DNA from: Longimicrobiales bacterium
Lineage (GTDB): Bacteria; Gemmatimonadota; Gemmatimonadetes; Longimicrobiales; Gaopeijiaceae
Assembly (NCBI GenBank): GCA_965202805.1
Contig: OZ241869.1
Location: 928,001 to 992,000, forward strand
Direction of reading: 5' to 3'
Length of the DNA: 64,000 nucleotides
This document shows, one piece after another, positions 9,342 to 20,281 of this stretch. The translations under genes were made by a program, and so were the position numbers. The notes beneath the pieces were generated by a model. The model saw nothing but the letters and a program-made list of their open reading frames with translations, had not been told where the DNA came from and made no database searches. Every line of letters starts with the position of its first letter. Within the stretch, counting starts at the first letter, position 1.

Positions 9342-10353
9342 GGTCCAGAATCCTCTTCTCGATGCACAGGGTGATCTCCAGCGCCGCCCGGCCTTCATCA
9401 CCCGAGACGACCGGATCGGAGCGCCCGAGCGCCGCATCCCGGAACCCTTCGAGCTGGACGCGCAACGGTTCCTCCGGGCAACCCTCGAAGGGAATCCGCT
9501 CGACGATGTCCTCCAGCCCCGGAGGCTGTCCCGGGTCGGGTCCCCCCTTCCCCTCCTCCAGCCTGGCTTCCCGGGCGTCTTCAAGCAAGGCGGGCAGATC
9601 TCGCCGGAGGCGCAGGAACTCACCTCTCCCGCGCCCCAGATCGACGCGCAGGTATCCCGAACGCTGGAAGACGCGCAGCATGCGCCGCCCCTCGCTCGAC
9701 ACCCGGCTCGCGGTCAGGTTGGCCACGGCGCCGTTCCGGAAGGTGAGGCGCGCGTTGGCGATGTCCACCGAGGGCGTCAGCACCGGGATCCCCGCGGCGG
9801 CGATTTCGGCCAGCGGCGCCTTCACCAGCATCCGCACCAGGTCGACGTCGTGAATCATCAGGTCGAGCACCACGGCCACATCCGTGCCCCGGGGGCGAAA
9901 GGGCGCCAGGCGCTGCGATTCGATGAAGAGCGGAGCGTCGATGTACGGGGCAGCGGCCCGGAGCGCGCCGTTGAACCGCTCCACATGCCCCGTCTGCACC
10001 ACGATGCCCGCCTCGGCGGCCGCGGCCAGGATGCGATCCGCGGCTTCGAGCGAGGGTGCGATGGGCTTCTCGATCAGAACGTGAACACCGTGTTCGGCCG
10101 CCGCGAGCGCCACCCTTTCGTGGGACGAAGTGGGCACCGCCACCACCAGGGCATCGACATCCGACAGCAGCTCCCGCAGACTGCCGGCCGGCTCAAGCCC
10201 GAGTTCCCGTGATACGAGGGCTGCGCGGCGTGCGTCCACATCGAAGAAACCCGCCATCCCGACTTCCGGAAGATCGCGCAGAATCCTGGCGTGATGAAAG
10301 CCCAGGCTCCCGACGCCGGCCACCCCCATGCGGATCGGCGCGGGCGGACTCAT
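9316..10353 (-). CDS. Gfo/Idh/MocA oxidoreductase, GnnA-like (putative UDP-GlcNAc 3-dehydrogenase)
   Basis: GVGSLG Rossmann motif, EKP, GHVERFN, DLMIHD. Lies between lpxA and lpxB with an ATGA overlap to lpxA. Confidence 0.85.
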   Translation of the reverse strand: MSPPAPIRMGVAGVGSLGFHHARILRDLPEVGMAGFFDVDARRAALVSRELGLEPAGSLRELLSDVDALVVAVPTSSHERVALAAAEHGVHVLIEKPIAPSLEAADRILAAAAEAGIVVQTGHVERFNGALRAAAPYIDAPLFIESQRLAPFRPRGTDVAVVLDLMIHDVDLVRMLVKAPLAEIAAAGIPVLTPSVDIANARLTFRNGAVANLTASRVSSEGRRMLRVFQRSGYLRVDLGRGRGEFLRLRRDLPALLEDAREARLEEGKGGPDPGQPPGLEDIVERIPFEGCPEEPLRVQLEGFRDAALGRSDPVVSGDEGRAALEITLCIEKRILDHVAHSRTA

Positions 10354-11162
10354 CCGAGGGTGATGCCGCGTTCGCTCTTGCTGATGAAGTCGAGAAAGTG
10401 GCGAACTTCCGGAATCTGCTCGACGTCGGCCTGGACGCGGGCCCTGGCCTGGGACACGTTCAGCCCGGACTGGAAGAGGATGCGGTACGTCTGCCTGAGA
10501 TGCCTGCGGGTAGCCGCCGGAAAGCCGCGCCTCTCCAATCCGACAGCATTCAGTCCGAAGAGCCTGGGACGGCCGCCTCCGGCCCGGCAGTAGGGCGGAA
10601 TGTCCTTCGAGACGCGTCCGCCACCGCCCACGAAGGCATGGGCGCCGATGCGCACGTACTGGTGGATCCCCACGAGGCCCCCGATGATGACCCAGTCCTG
10701 AATGGTCACGTGGCCGGCCATGTTGACAGCATTGGACAGCACCACATGGTTGCCCAGCCGGCAGTCGTGGGCCACGTGGACATAGGCCATGAGGAGACAG
10801 TCGCTGCCCACCACCGTGCGCCCGGACGCGGCCGAGCCCCGATTGAGGGTCGCGTATTCCCGGACGACGGTGCGGTCGCCGACGACCAGCTCGGAACGCT
10901 CGCCCTTGTACTTCAGGTCCTGCGGATCGGTGCCGAGCACCGCGCCCTGACCGATGCGGCAACCCTCGCCCAGGGAGGTGTCCCGTTCGATCAGGACGTG
11001 CGGGCCGATCCGGGTTCTCGCTCCCACGCGCACGCCCGGCCCAAGGATCGAATAGGGCCCTACGACCACGTCCGCGCCGAGCACGGCTCCGTCGTCCACG
11101 ATCGCCGTCGGGTGGATGTCGGGCTGAGCGGCCCGCGAAGGATCCAGCAGCGAATCATCCAT
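10350..11162 (-). CDS. lpxA: Acyl-ACP--UDP-GlcNAc O-acyltransferase
   Basis: IHPTAIV, hexapeptide repeats, PQDLKY, HVAHDC, HQY and GLNAVGLERRGF motifs. Confidence 0.96.
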   Translation of the reverse strand: MDDSLLDPSRAAQPDIHPTAIVDDGAVLGADVVVGPYSILGPGVRVGARTRIGPHVLIERDTSLGEGCRIGQGAVLGTDPQDLKYKGERSELVVGDRTVVREYATLNRGSAASGRTVVGSDCLLMAYVHVAHDCRLGNHVVLSNAVNMAGHVTIQDWVIIGGLVGIHQYVRIGAHAFVGGGGRVSKDIPPYCRAGGGRPRLFGLNAVGLERRGFPAATRRHLRQTYRILFQSGLNVSQARARVQADVEQIPEVRHFLDFISKSERGITLG

Positions 11163-12446
11163 TCAGTCGACGACCCTCGCCATGAATTCGGCCTCCGCGG
11201 CCAGCACTCCGTCCACGTATCCCTTGCCTCTCATCTTGCAGGTTCCGCGCCGGAAGCGCAGAAGCTCCACCTCGCACACCAGCTGGTCGCCGGGCACCAC
11301 CGGCCGCCGGAAGCGCGCCTTCTGTATCGACATCAGATAGACCTGCTTGTCGCGCGGGTTGCCCACGGAATCGATGAGCAGCAGCCCGCCGATCTGGGCC
11401 ATCGCCTCCACGATGAGCACGCCGGGCATGATGGCCCGCCCCGGGAAATGTCCCTGGAAGAAGGGCTCGTTGATGGTGACGTTCTTGATGCCGGTGATGT
11501 GGCGCCCGCCTTCGACGCTCGCGATCCGGTCCACGAGCAGCATCGGATAGCGGTGCGGCAAGTAGCTCCGAATGCGCTCGACGTCGAACGCCGGCGGGGC
11601 GGGCGCGCCGTTCAGCCGCTGCTCGACCAGCCGGCCGAGCTCGATGTTCCCGCTGTGACTCGGTCGCTCCGCCACCAGATGGCCCCGCAGCCGGCTGCCC
11701 AGCAGCGTCAGGTCGCCCAGCACGTCACCGATCTTGTGACGCAGGAACTCGTCGGGGAACCGCAGTCCGTCGTTGGCCACGCCTTCGTCGTCCAGAACGA
11801 CCGTGTTGTCCAGCGATGCCCCCCGGGCGAAGCCGCGCGCATGCAGTTCCTCCGCGTCGGCGAGGAAACCGAAGGTGCGCGCCGGAGCGATGTCGGCCCT
11901 GAAACCGGGGCCGAGGCCATCGAATGATCCGGTCTGGCGCCCGATCGCGGGGTGTTCGAAGTCGATGGTCGCGGTGATGCGCAGTCCCGTGCCGGGCGCA
12001 AGGATGTACGATTCGCCGCCGGCAGCGCGCAGCACCACCGGCTCATCGGGCTCGACCACCCTCGCCGGCGCGTTCTGCTCCACCACTCCCGCCGCATCCA
12101 GGGCATCCAGAAAATCCAGGAAGCTCCCGTCCCGGATGGGAATCTCGGGTCCGGAGACGTCCACGCGCACATTGGAGATCGCGCTGGCGCCCAGCGCCGC
12201 CATGAGGTGCTCGACGGTGAGGATGCGGGCCTCCCCCCGACCGATGCTCGTGCCGAACTCGGTGCCCACGACGTGATCCAGGGTCGCGGGAATCTCGGGC
12301 CTGCCGGGCAGATCGATCCGCCGGAAGACGATGCCGGAGCCGGGCTCGGCCGGATGGAAGGTCACGGCCGCGGGCTCCCCCAGATGAATGCCGATGCCTT
12401 CGAGGCTCACCTCCCGGCCGATCGTACGCTGGCGGCTCCCCTTCAT
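11163..12446 (-). CDS. lpxC: Bifunctional LpxC deacetylase / FabZ dehydratase
   Basis: LpxC part: [25 protein letters not shown]. FabZ part: [39 protein letters not shown]. Confidence 0.95.
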   Translation of the reverse strand: MKGSRQRTIGREVSLEGIGIHLGEPAAVTFHPAEPGSGIVFRRIDLPGRPEIPATLDHVVGTEFGTSIGRGEARILTVEHLMAALGASAISNVRVDVSGPEIPIRDGSFLDFLDALDAAGVVEQNAPARVVEPDEPVVLRAAGGESYILAPGTGLRITATIDFEHPAIGRQTGSFDGLGPGFRADIAPARTFGFLADAEELHARGFARGASLDNTVVLDDEGVANDGLRFPDEFLRHKIGDVLGDLTLLGSRLRGHLVAERPSHSGNIELGRLVEQRLNGAPAPPAFDVERIRSYLPHRYPMLLVDRIASVEGGRHITGIKNVTINEPFFQGHFPGRAIMPGVLIVEAMAQIGGLLLIDSVGNPRDKQVYLMSIQKARFRRPVVPGDQLVCEVELLRFRRGTCKMRGKGYVDGVLAAEAEFMARVVD

Positions 12447-12465
12447 GGGCACTCCTTTTCCCAGA

Positions 12466-13503
12466 TCATGATTCGTCCTTCCCCTCCAGCGCCGACAGCC
12501 GTCCTTCCAGTTCCTTCACCCGCTCCCGCAGCGCCGGAAGCTTCCGCAGCGCGGCCATCGATTTCCAGTATTCCGCCCGCGGGCGCCCGGGGAACCCGAC
12601 CACGCTGGTCCCCGCGGGGACATCCTTGATCACTCCGGTCTGCACGGCCACGCGCGCCCCGTCCCCGATCTCGAGGTGCCCGGTTGCGCCCGACTGCCCG
12701 GCCATCACCACGCCCCTGCCGAGCGTCGTGGAACCGGAGATGCCCACCTGGGCGATGAGGAGGGAGTGCTCACCCACGGCTACGTTGTGGGCGACATGGA
12801 CCAGGTTGTCGGTCTTGGTCCCGGCGCCGATCACGGTGTCCCCGATGGATCCCCGGTCGACGCAGCAATGGGCGCCCATCTCCACGTCGTCGCCGATGAG
12901 GCAGCCACCTGCCTGGCGGATCTTCTCGTGGCGTCCCTCGTGCATGACGTAGCCGTATCCGTCGGAGCCCACGACGGTCCCGGCATGCAGGACGACGCGC
13001 CGGCCCAGCCGGGTTCCCGGATACAGCACGACCTGCGGGTGCAGACGCGAGTCCGCGCCGATGCGGCATCCCGCGCCCACCGACACGTGGGCGCCGATGC
13101 GCACCCGGTCACCGACCTCGACGTCCTCCTCCAGCACCGCAAAGGCGTCGATGCGCACGTCCCGGCCGAGTCGCGCGCCCTTCCCGAGAACGGCCGTGGG
13201 ATGGATTCCCGGAGGTGCGTTCTCCGGGGGATGGAGCTCATCGAGCAGCTGCGCCAGGGCGAGACGCGGCCGCCCCGTGATCAACAGGTTGGGCACCCGG
13301 CCGCGGACGGTAGCGGAGAGGTCCTCGGACACCAGCACGGCCTCGGCCGAAGATGCGTCCAGATGCCTGAGATAGCGCCGGTCGGCGAGGAAGCCGAGCC
13401 TGCCGCGTCCGGCTTGAACCAGCGGCACGACGCGATCGAAGGCCCAGCCGGACTGCCCTTCCAGGCGCGCGCCGGTGAGAGCGGCGGCTCCTGCAAGGTC
13501 CAT
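12466..13503 (-). CDS. lpxD: UDP-3-O-acylglucosamine N-acyltransferase
   Basis: Hexapeptide repeats, GSDGYGY, DNLVHVAHNV and AQVGISGS motifs. Confidence 0.95.
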   Translation of the reverse strand: MDLAGAAALTGARLEGQSGWAFDRVVPLVQAGRGRLGFLADRRYLRHLDASSAEAVLVSEDLSATVRGRVPNLLITGRPRLALAQLLDELHPPENAPPGIHPTAVLGKGARLGRDVRIDAFAVLEEDVEVGDRVRIGAHVSVGAGCRIGADSRLHPQVVLYPGTRLGRRVVLHAGTVVGSDGYGYVMHEGRHEKIRQAGGCLIGDDVEMGAHCCVDRGSIGDTVIGAGTKTDNLVHVAHNVAVGEHSLLIAQVGISGSTTLGRGVVMAGQSGATGHLEIGDGARVAVQTGVIKDVPAGTSVVGFPGRPRAEYWKSMAALRKLPALRERVKELEGRLSALEGKDES

Positions 13504-13559
13504 GGTCGTCTCCTATCCTGCTTCTCGTGTGGCGGGTCCCGACGTTCTGGAGGGCGGGC

Positions 13560-14093
13560 TCAACGGTTGCCGGGCGGCGGACTCTGCATGAGCCGGTCGA
13601 TGACCTGCTGGGTCAGGTTGAGCTCGGGGTCCGCTGAGACGATCGCCTGGGCGGACAGATCGAAGACGATGGCGTATCCCCCCTCGGTCCGGATCTCATC
13701 GATCGCCGCCGTGACCTGGTCCATGATGGGCTGCACCAGCTCCGCCTGCCGTCTTCCGGCCTCGCCCTCCAGCTCCGCGGCGCGCTGGTTGTACTCCTCC
13801 TGCTTCGCCTGGATGCTCTGGGTCTGCGTCTCCCGCGCCTGCGGGGAAAGCGTGAGCTGCTGCTGTTCGAACTGCTGGATCATGCCCTGCAGCTCTTCCC
13901 CGATCCGGTCCAGCTCCGCCCGGTAGCGGGCCATGTCGCGCTCGAACTGGTCCTGTGCCTCGGTAGCCCCCGGGGCCTGCGCCAGAATCGCCTGCGAATC
14001 GATGTACCCCAGTCTCAGCGGTCCCTGGGCGGCCGCGTTATCGGCCGCCATGAAGAAAGAGCCAACCGCGAGAACAACTGCTAATGCACGCAT
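13560..14093 (-). CDS. skp: OmpH/Skp periplasmic chaperone
   Basis: Signal peptide, LGYIDSQAIL, long Gln/Glu-rich helices, GYAIVFD. Sits between bamA and lpxD. Confidence 0.92.
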   Translation of the reverse strand: MRALAVVLAVGSFFMAADNAAAQGPLRLGYIDSQAILAQAPGATEAQDQFERDMARYRAELDRIGEELQGMIQQFEQQQLTLSPQARETQTQSIQAKQEEYNQRAAELEGEAGRRQAELVQPIMDQVTAAIDEIRTEGGYAIVFDLSAQAIVSADPELNLTQQVIDRLMQSPPPGNR

Positions 14094-14221
14094 ATTCCGA
14101 GCCTCCCCGAACGCGCGGTCATGATGGAATCGTTTCCTGTTCCCTGAAACCCACAGCCTGAAAGGATGCCTGCAAGAGCCGCGCGACCGCAAGTCCGCGT
14201 GGTACGACGGAGGCTTCCCGA

Positions 14222-16648
14222 TCAGAACCCCGGTCCCATCCGGAAATGAAGCTGCCATCCCGGGTTGGTCTTGTCGAAGCCGTATGCATAGTCGAGGCCC
14301 AGTGGTCCAAAAGGCGTGACCAGCTGAGCTCCGACGCCCGCTCCCCGGAACAGGCGCGTGGGCGTGAACTCGGCTGCGCTCACCCAGACGTTGCCCGCGT
14401 CGTAGAAGAACCCGAGCGACAGGTTGTCGTTGAAGCGGATCGCATACTCGACCGTGAGCGACAGGAACGCATTCCCCAGCCTCTCACCCTCGAGAATCCC
14501 CGATCCCGATCCGCGGTCGAAGAAGCCGGCCGGGGTGATGGTGGTCTCGTCGTAGCCGCGCAGCCTCTCGCCGAACTGGACGCCCCCCATCCAGTAGCGG
14601 TCGAAGGGGAAGCGTTCGGCGTTTCCGATGATCGCCCCGGCGCGGACGCTGAGCCCGAGCGTGGTCCGGATCGGGCGCGCTCCGCTTCCGATCTGGCCCA
14701 CCGGAGTGAACCAGGTTCCCTCGACGGCGTACTTCACGAAGTCGCCGTCGCCACCCAGAATGCCCCCGTTCATTTCCGCGGACACCACATGCCTCGATCC
14801 CTGGGTCGGAAACAGATTGTGGTTGAGGGTCTGGCGCTGGAGGCTGACGGAGAGCGTGCTCAGGATTCCCGGATCCCTGCCGAACAGCGAGGTGTCCTCG
14901 GATCTCGAGAACAGCTCGTACTTGGTGCGCGAGAGCGAGTATCCCAGGAACAGTCTGGTACGAAGAGAACCGGGCATGGGAAGCCCGAACCGGAGCGAGC
15001 CTCCCTGCAGGCGGCGCTGCCCGGTGGTGAACTGGAAGAACCGGTCGCGCGTGTAGAACGCGGATATCGTGCCGCTCACACGCGAGCGCCTGAGCGACGG
15101 ATCCGTGTACGACAGGGTGAAGTTGTTGATGTAGCGGCCGAAGTCCCAGCGCACGCTTCCCGACTTGGCCTGTCCGAAGAGGTTGGGCTGGTCATACCCC
15201 AGGAACCCCGACAGCCCGTAGCCCCCGCCCATCGCGGTGCCGAAGTTCACGGTCCCCGTCTGCCGCTCCGTGACCCGGTAGACGATGTCCACGTTTCCGC
15301 TTCCGTCGTCCGCCTGCTCGAGACTGGGAAGCTCCATCGGCGTCTCGAAGTACCCGAGCGCGGAAACCGCCTGGTAGCTCTGGATGAGCCGCTCTTCGGA
15401 ATAGATGTCTCCCGGCAGGGTGAAGAGCTGGTCCCGGATGACGCGCTCGTGGGTGTAGTCGTTGCCCTCCACCTCGACCCGGCGGATGTACGCGGGCGGA
15501 CCTTCCTGAATGCGCCAGCCCACCAGCAGGGTCGGGTCGCTGTCGCCGTTGGTCTCGTCGAACTCGTAGTAGGGCTCGACGCTGGCCCCCAGGTATCCGT
15601 TGTTGCGGTAGAGGGTCCCCACCGCCGTCGCGGCCGCGTCGAAGGCGCTGGCATCGAACACCGGGTCCTGGTCATCGTCGCCGCCAATCCCGAAGCTGCT
15701 GAGCAGCCCTCCCTGCTGGGGCTGATAGTACTGCTCGATCTGCTCGGTGGGGAAACGGCTGTTCCCTTCCACGACGAAGTCCCGCACCCGGTAGCGGGGA
15801 CCCTCGTCGACCGTGACCTCAAGTCGCGACTTCCCGGTCTCGGGGTCGATGATCAGGGTGTCCCGCAGAACCTCGAAATCCAGATGGCCCCGCGAGCGGT
15901 ACAACTCGGGCAGCCGGGCGAACAGATCTTCCTCCAGCGTGCTTTCCTGGTATGAACCCTGGCGGAACCACCAGAACGCCTCCGGCTTGGTGTCGACGGC
16001 CCCGCGCAGCTGGTCGGAGGCCAGGTTCTCGTTGCCCGCAAACTCGACCTCTGCGATGGTGACACGCTGGCCCTCGGTCACCTCCAGGGTCAGCCGCACA
16101 TGCCCGGGCTTGTCGGCAACGTCGTCCACACGCTCGTCGATGCGCGCGAACGGGATGCCGTCGTCGGCGAGTTCGTTGCGGATGAAGTCGCGTGCGATCG
16201 CGAGCTTCTGCGGCGAGTAGGGCTCACCGGTCCGGAGATCGGCGGTGTCCCGAACCGACCCCTGGCTGAGCCGCTCCAGCCCCACGATGGTCACGGCGTC
16301 CATGATGTCCTGCTCCTCGACATCGAGCACCAGTACTACCGGCTCGCCCTGGCCGCCCGCCGCGCTGATCGTGAAATCCCGATACTGCCCGGTGCTCCAG
16401 AGGACCTTGAGAGCGGTCTGGATGTCGCGGAAGGAGATCGTGGTGCGCGGCTGCAGCGTGAGGTCCGCGAGGACCTCCTCGTCGGTCAGGCGCACGTTGC
16501 CTTCCACGGTGATGGAATCGACGAAGGTGCCGGCGGCGGGATCCGCCTGCTGCGCGCTCAGCGAAACGGGCAGGACCCAGGCGGCCACGAGCATCGCCGC
16601 GTGTCGTGCGAGGCGCGCTCGAGCTCGTGCGCCGGTGCCTCCGTTCAC
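14222..16648 (-). CDS. bamA: Outer-membrane protein assembly factor BamA
   Basis: POTRA-like repeats (VEGN, FAGN), LRGYDE, TPFGPLGLDYAYG and a terminal Phe. GTG start overlaps the clpC stop. Confidence 0.95.
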   Translation of the reverse strand: MNGGTGARARARLARHAAMLVAAWVLPVSLSAQQADPAAGTFVDSITVEGNVRLTDEEVLADLTLQPRTTISFRDIQTALKVLWSTGQYRDFTISAAGGQGEPVVLVLDVEEQDIMDAVTIVGLERLSQGSVRDTADLRTGEPYSPQKLAIARDFIRNELADDGIPFARIDERVDDVADKPGHVRLTLEVTEGQRVTIAEVEFAGNENLASDQLRGAVDTKPEAFWWFRQGSYQESTLEEDLFARLPELYRSRGHLDFEVLRDTLIIDPETGKSRLEVTVDEGPRYRVRDFVVEGNSRFPTEQIEQYYQPQQGGLLSSFGIGGDDDQDPVFDASAFDAAATAVGTLYRNNGYLGASVEPYYEFDETNGDSDPTLLVGWRIQEGPPAYIRRVEVEGNDYTHERVIRDQLFTLPGDIYSEERLIQSYQAVSALGYFETPMELPSLEQADDGSGNVDIVYRVTERQTGTVNFGTAMGGGYGLSGFLGYDQPNLFGQAKSGSVRWDFGRYINNFTLSYTDPSLRRSRVSGTISAFYTRDRFFQFTTGQRRLQGGSLRFGLPMPGSLRTRLFLGYSLSRTKYELFSRSEDTSLFGRDPGILSTLSVSLQRQTLNHNLFPTQGSRHVVSAEMNGGILGGDGDFVKYAVEGTWFTPVGQIGSGARPIRTTLGLSVRAGAIIGNAERFPFDRYWMGGVQFGERLRGYDETTITPAGFFDRGSGSGILEGERLGNAFLSLTVEYAIRFNDNLSLGFFYDAGNVWVSAAEFTPTRLFRGAGVGAQLVTPFGPLGLDYAYGFDKTNPGWQLHFRMGPGF

Positions 16649-19113
16649 GTCTTGGTCGCGGACGTGGCCCCCAGGGCAAGACCGTCCCCCGCCTCGTTGA
16701 GGTCGGCCTGGATCTCGTCCCCGGCGCCGAATTCGGCCGTGAGGATCATCTCCGAGAGGGGATCCTCCAGATAGCGCTGAATCGCCCGCCGCAGAGGACG
16801 CGCGCCGAATTTCTCGCTGTAGCCCTGCTCCGCGAGGAAGCCGACCGCTGCATCGCTCAGGGCGAGAGTCAGCTTTTCCTCCTCCAGACGCTCGTGGATC
16901 TCCTGAAGCAGGATGTGCACGATCTGTCCGATATCCTCCCGGCTCAGCGCATGGAAGACGATCGTGTCGTCGACGCGATTGAGGAACTCCGGGTTGAAGG
17001 TGCGATCGATCGCCGCCTGCACCTTGCCGCGCATGAGTTCGTATCCGGACCGGGCATCCTCCTCGTGGAACCCCAGAGTGCCGCCCTTGGAGATGTCCCG
17101 CGCCCCCAGATTGCACGTCATGACGATGACGGTGTTCTTGAAATCGATGGTCCTGCCGTAGTTGTCCGTGAGGTGCCCTTCGTCAAGCACCTGCAGCAGG
17201 ATGTTGAAGACGTCGGGGTGCGCCTTCTCGATCTCATCAAGGAGGACGACCGAATACGGGCGCCGCCGCACCGCCTTCGTCAGCGCGCCGGACTCGTGGT
17301 AGCCCACGTACCCCGGCGGCGCCCCGATGAGGCGGGAGACCGAGAACCGCTCCATGTACTCGCTCATGTCCACGCGAATCAGGGCATCCCGGTCGGCGAA
17401 CATGAACTCGGCCAGAGCACGCGCCAGTTCGGTCTTCCCCACGCCGGTCGGGCCCGAGAAGATGAACGACCCGATCGGCCGCCTCGGATCCTTGAGCCCG
17501 GCGCGGCTGCGCCGGATGGCGCGCGAAATCGCCTGGATGGCGGGGTCCTGGCCGACCACCCGCTTGTGCAGCTCATCCTCCATGTTGATGAGCCGCCTGG
17601 TTTCGGCCTGCTTCATTCGGGTCACGGGGATTCCCGTCCAGCGGCTGACGATGAAGGAAACGTCGTCGACGCTCACCTCCGGGCGATGGTGCCTGCGCGC
17701 TTCCCGCCACTCCTTGCGGCGCTCGCGAATGCGACGCTGCAGTTCGCGCTCCTCGTCCCTCAGCTCTGCCGCGCGCTCGAAATCCTGATTTCGGATCGCC
17801 AGCTCCTTCTGTCCCGCCAGCCCCGCCAGCTCCTCCTTCAACTCCTCGACCTCCGGCGACGGCACCTGGCTGGCGATGCGCGCCCGCGACCCGGCCTCGT
17901 CGATGACGTCGATCGCCTTGTCGGGGAGGAAACGGTCGGTGATGTAGCGGTCGGAGAGCTTTGCCGCCGCCTCGAGCGAGTCGTCCGGGAGGTTCACCCG
18001 GTGGTGTTCCTCGTAGTGGCCGCGCAGGCCCTTGAGGATGTCGACGGTCTCGGGGAGGGTCGGCTGGTCCACGATGACGGGCTGAAATCGGCGCTCCAGC
18101 GCCCCGTCCTTCTCGATGTACTTGCGATACTCGTTCAGCGTGGAAGCCCCGATGCACTGGAGCTCTCCGCGAGCGAGGGCCGGCTTGAACATGTTGGACG
18201 CGTCGATGGCTCCCTCGGCCGCCCCCGCTCCCACCAGGGTATGCAGTTCGTCGATGAAGAGGATGACGTTGCCGCCCTGGGAGATCTCGTTCATGACCGC
18301 CTTCAGGCGTTCCTCGAACTGGCCCCGATACTTGGTTCCCGCGATGACCGCGGCCATGTCCAGCGCCAGCAGCCGGTGGTCCCTGAGCGCTTCCGTGATC
18401 TCGCCCGCCGCGATGATCTGCGCCAGCCCTTCGACGATGGCCGTCTTCCCGACGCCCGGCTCGCCGATCAGGACCGGGTTGTTCTTCTTGCGCCGGCAGA
18501 GAATCTCCACGATCCGCTCGATCTCGACGCGACGTCCGATGGTCGGGTCGAGCTTGCCGTCGCGGGCCAGGTTGGTAAGGTCGCGGCAGAAATGATCGAG
18601 TGCGGGAGTCTTGGACTTCTTGTCCGGCTTGCCGCCCGCCGGCACCGCCGGTCCCCCACCGACATCGGAACTCATCTCGGAACCCAGCACCCGGAGACAC
18701 TCCGCGCGGGCCCGGTCGAGGCGCACGTTCATCGAGTTGAGCACCTGCGCGGCGATGCCCTTCTCCTCTCTCAGGAGTCCGAGCAGAAGATGTTCCGTGC
18801 CGACGTAGGAATGGTTGAGTTCGCGTGCCTCGGCCAGGGCGAACTCCAGCACCTTCTTGGCGCGTGACGTGTAGGGCAGCTCACCCAGGGCTATGGTCGC
18901 CTTGCCTTTGCGAACGGCTTCTTCCACCCGCTGATGAACCTGGCCGAGGTCCGCGCCCAGGTTCATCAGCACCGTGGCGGCGACCCCCTCCCGCTCACGA
19001 ATCAGACCGAGCAGCACATGCTCGGTACCGACATAGTCGTGTTGCAGCCTGATGGCCTCGTCCCTGGCCATCGCGAGCACCTTGCGAACCCGATCCGTGA
19101 AATTGTAGTTCAT
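16645..19113 (-). CDS. clpC: ATP-dependent Clp protease ATPase ClpC
   Basis: Double Clp-N repeats (GTEH), two Walker A motifs ([16 protein letters not shown]), UVR middle domain, GARPLRR. Confidence 0.96.
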   Translation of the reverse strand: MNYNFTDRVRKVLAMARDEAIRLQHDYVGTEHVLLGLIREREGVAATVLMNLGADLGQVHQRVEEAVRKGKATIALGELPYTSRAKKVLEFALAEARELNHSYVGTEHLLLGLLREEKGIAAQVLNSMNVRLDRARAECLRVLGSEMSSDVGGGPAVPAGGKPDKKSKTPALDHFCRDLTNLARDGKLDPTIGRRVEIERIVEILCRRKKNNPVLIGEPGVGKTAIVEGLAQIIAAGEITEALRDHRLLALDMAAVIAGTKYRGQFEERLKAVMNEISQGGNVILFIDELHTLVGAGAAEGAIDASNMFKPALARGELQCIGASTLNEYRKYIEKDGALERRFQPVIVDQPTLPETVDILKGLRGHYEEHHRVNLPDDSLEAAAKLSDRYITDRFLPDKAIDVIDEAGSRARIASQVPSPEVEELKEELAGLAGQKELAIRNQDFERAAELRDEERELQRRIRERRKEWREARRHHRPEVSVDDVSFIVSRWTGIPVTRMKQAETRRLINMEDELHKRVVGQDPAIQAISRAIRRSRAGLKDPRRPIGSFIFSGPTGVGKTELARALAEFMFADRDALIRVDMSEYMERFSVSRLIGAPPGYVGYHESGALTKAVRRRPYSVVLLDEIEKAHPDVFNILLQVLDEGHLTDNYGRTIDFKNTVIVMTCNLGARDISKGGTLGFHEEDARSGYELMRGKVQAAIDRTFNPEFLNRVDDTIVFHALSREDIGQIVHILLQEIHERLEEEKLTLALSDAAVGFLAEQGYSEKFGARPLRRAIQRYLEDPLSEMILTAEFGAGDEIQADLNEAGDGLALGATSATKT

Positions 19114-19136
19114 CTGCCTTTCGTGCCCGCAGTTCG

Positions 19137-20273
19137 TCAGGAGTCGGGGCCGGAGCCCGAACTGCTCTCCGGAGGTTCCGTGTCCGGGATCACCACACCC
19201 TCGGTAGCCAGGATGCGGCGCACATAGGTGGCTCGGTGCGCGTCGCGCTCACCGGGAGGAAGCTTCCGCCCGGCTGCGTCCTCCAGGTGGGCGGACTGGG
19301 TAAAGATCATGATCTTGTTGAGCGAGTATACACGGAGCCCAGGGAGAAGTTTCAGCGCCGCGCCCAGGCGAACGCCCGACAACAGGTTCATCATTTCCTC
19401 GAAAGCAAGGGATCGGGCGTAGCGCAGTAAACCATAGGCACGCCATATCTTATCCTCTGTCACTTGATATGCGTCCCGAAGGAGCACGCGGCGTGCCCGC
19501 CTCTCGTATTCGATGACCTGGCGCACGATGCGGTCCAGATGGTCGACCAGGTCCTCCTCCGTCTTTCCGAGCGTGGTCTGGTTCGAGACCTGGAAGAAGT
19601 TGCCGACGACCTCGGAACCCTCCCCGTAAAGTCCGCGAAACGTCAGCCCGACCTGGCTCAACCCCTGCAGCACACGTCCGATTTCCTTGGTGAGCACGAG
19701 CCCCGGCAGATGGATGAGGACCGAGGCCCGGAGCCCCGTGCCGACATTCGTCGGGCAGCTGGTGAGGTACCCGAGCGCGTGATCGTAGGCGTACGGGAGT
19801 TCCCGGCCGAGATCCTCGTCCAGCCCGTCCACCATGCTCCAAGCACCGTCCAGCGCGAGACCGGAAACCAGCACCTGCAGGCGCAGATGGTCCTCCTCGT
19901 TGACCATCACGCTGACCGGGTCGCGGGCCGAGAGCACCACGGCGGCCGCACGCCCGTGCAGTTCCGAGTCCGATATTTCGCCAAGCAGGTCCTGGGAGAT
20001 GAGACGTCGCTCCAGAAGGATGCGCCGCGTTCCGCCGTCCAGCTCGGCAAGCGGGTGAACGCTCGCCTCGGCCAGCAGCTCGACCTTGTCCGCGGTCCCC
20101 CGCACGCGTGCGAGCACGGCCCGGCGGTCATTGACCCGCGATTGGGGACCGAACGCGTACCCCTGAAGGTTGCGGGCGAGCCGGACGCGGGTGGAAAGGA
20201 CGATATCCGAGTCCGGACCGCTCGCGTCGAGCCACCCCAGGCCGCGATCGAAGATCGTCGACAGGTGATCCAT
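19137..20273 (-). CDS. mcsB: Protein arginine kinase McsB
   Basis: STRVRLARN, NEEDHLR, CPTNVGTG, RGLYGEGS and QVSNQTTLG motifs. Confidence 0.94.
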   Translation of the reverse strand: MDHLSTIFDRGLGWLDASGPDSDIVLSTRVRLARNLQGYAFGPQSRVNDRRAVLARVRGTADKVELLAEASVHPLAELDGGTRRILLERRLISQDLLGEISDSELHGRAAAVVLSARDPVSVMVNEEDHLRLQVLVSGLALDGAWSMVDGLDEDLGRELPYAYDHALGYLTSCPTNVGTGLRASVLIHLPGLVLTKEIGRVLQGLSQVGLTFRGLYGEGSEVVGNFFQVSNQTTLGKTEEDLVDHLDRIVRQVIEYERRARRVLLRDAYQVTEDKIWRAYGLLRYARSLAFEEMMNLLSGVRLGAALKLLPGLRVYSLNKIMIFTQSAHLEDAAGRKLPPGERDAHRATYVRRILATEGVVIPDTEPPESSSGSGPDS

Positions 20274-20281
20274 CGGTCGCC

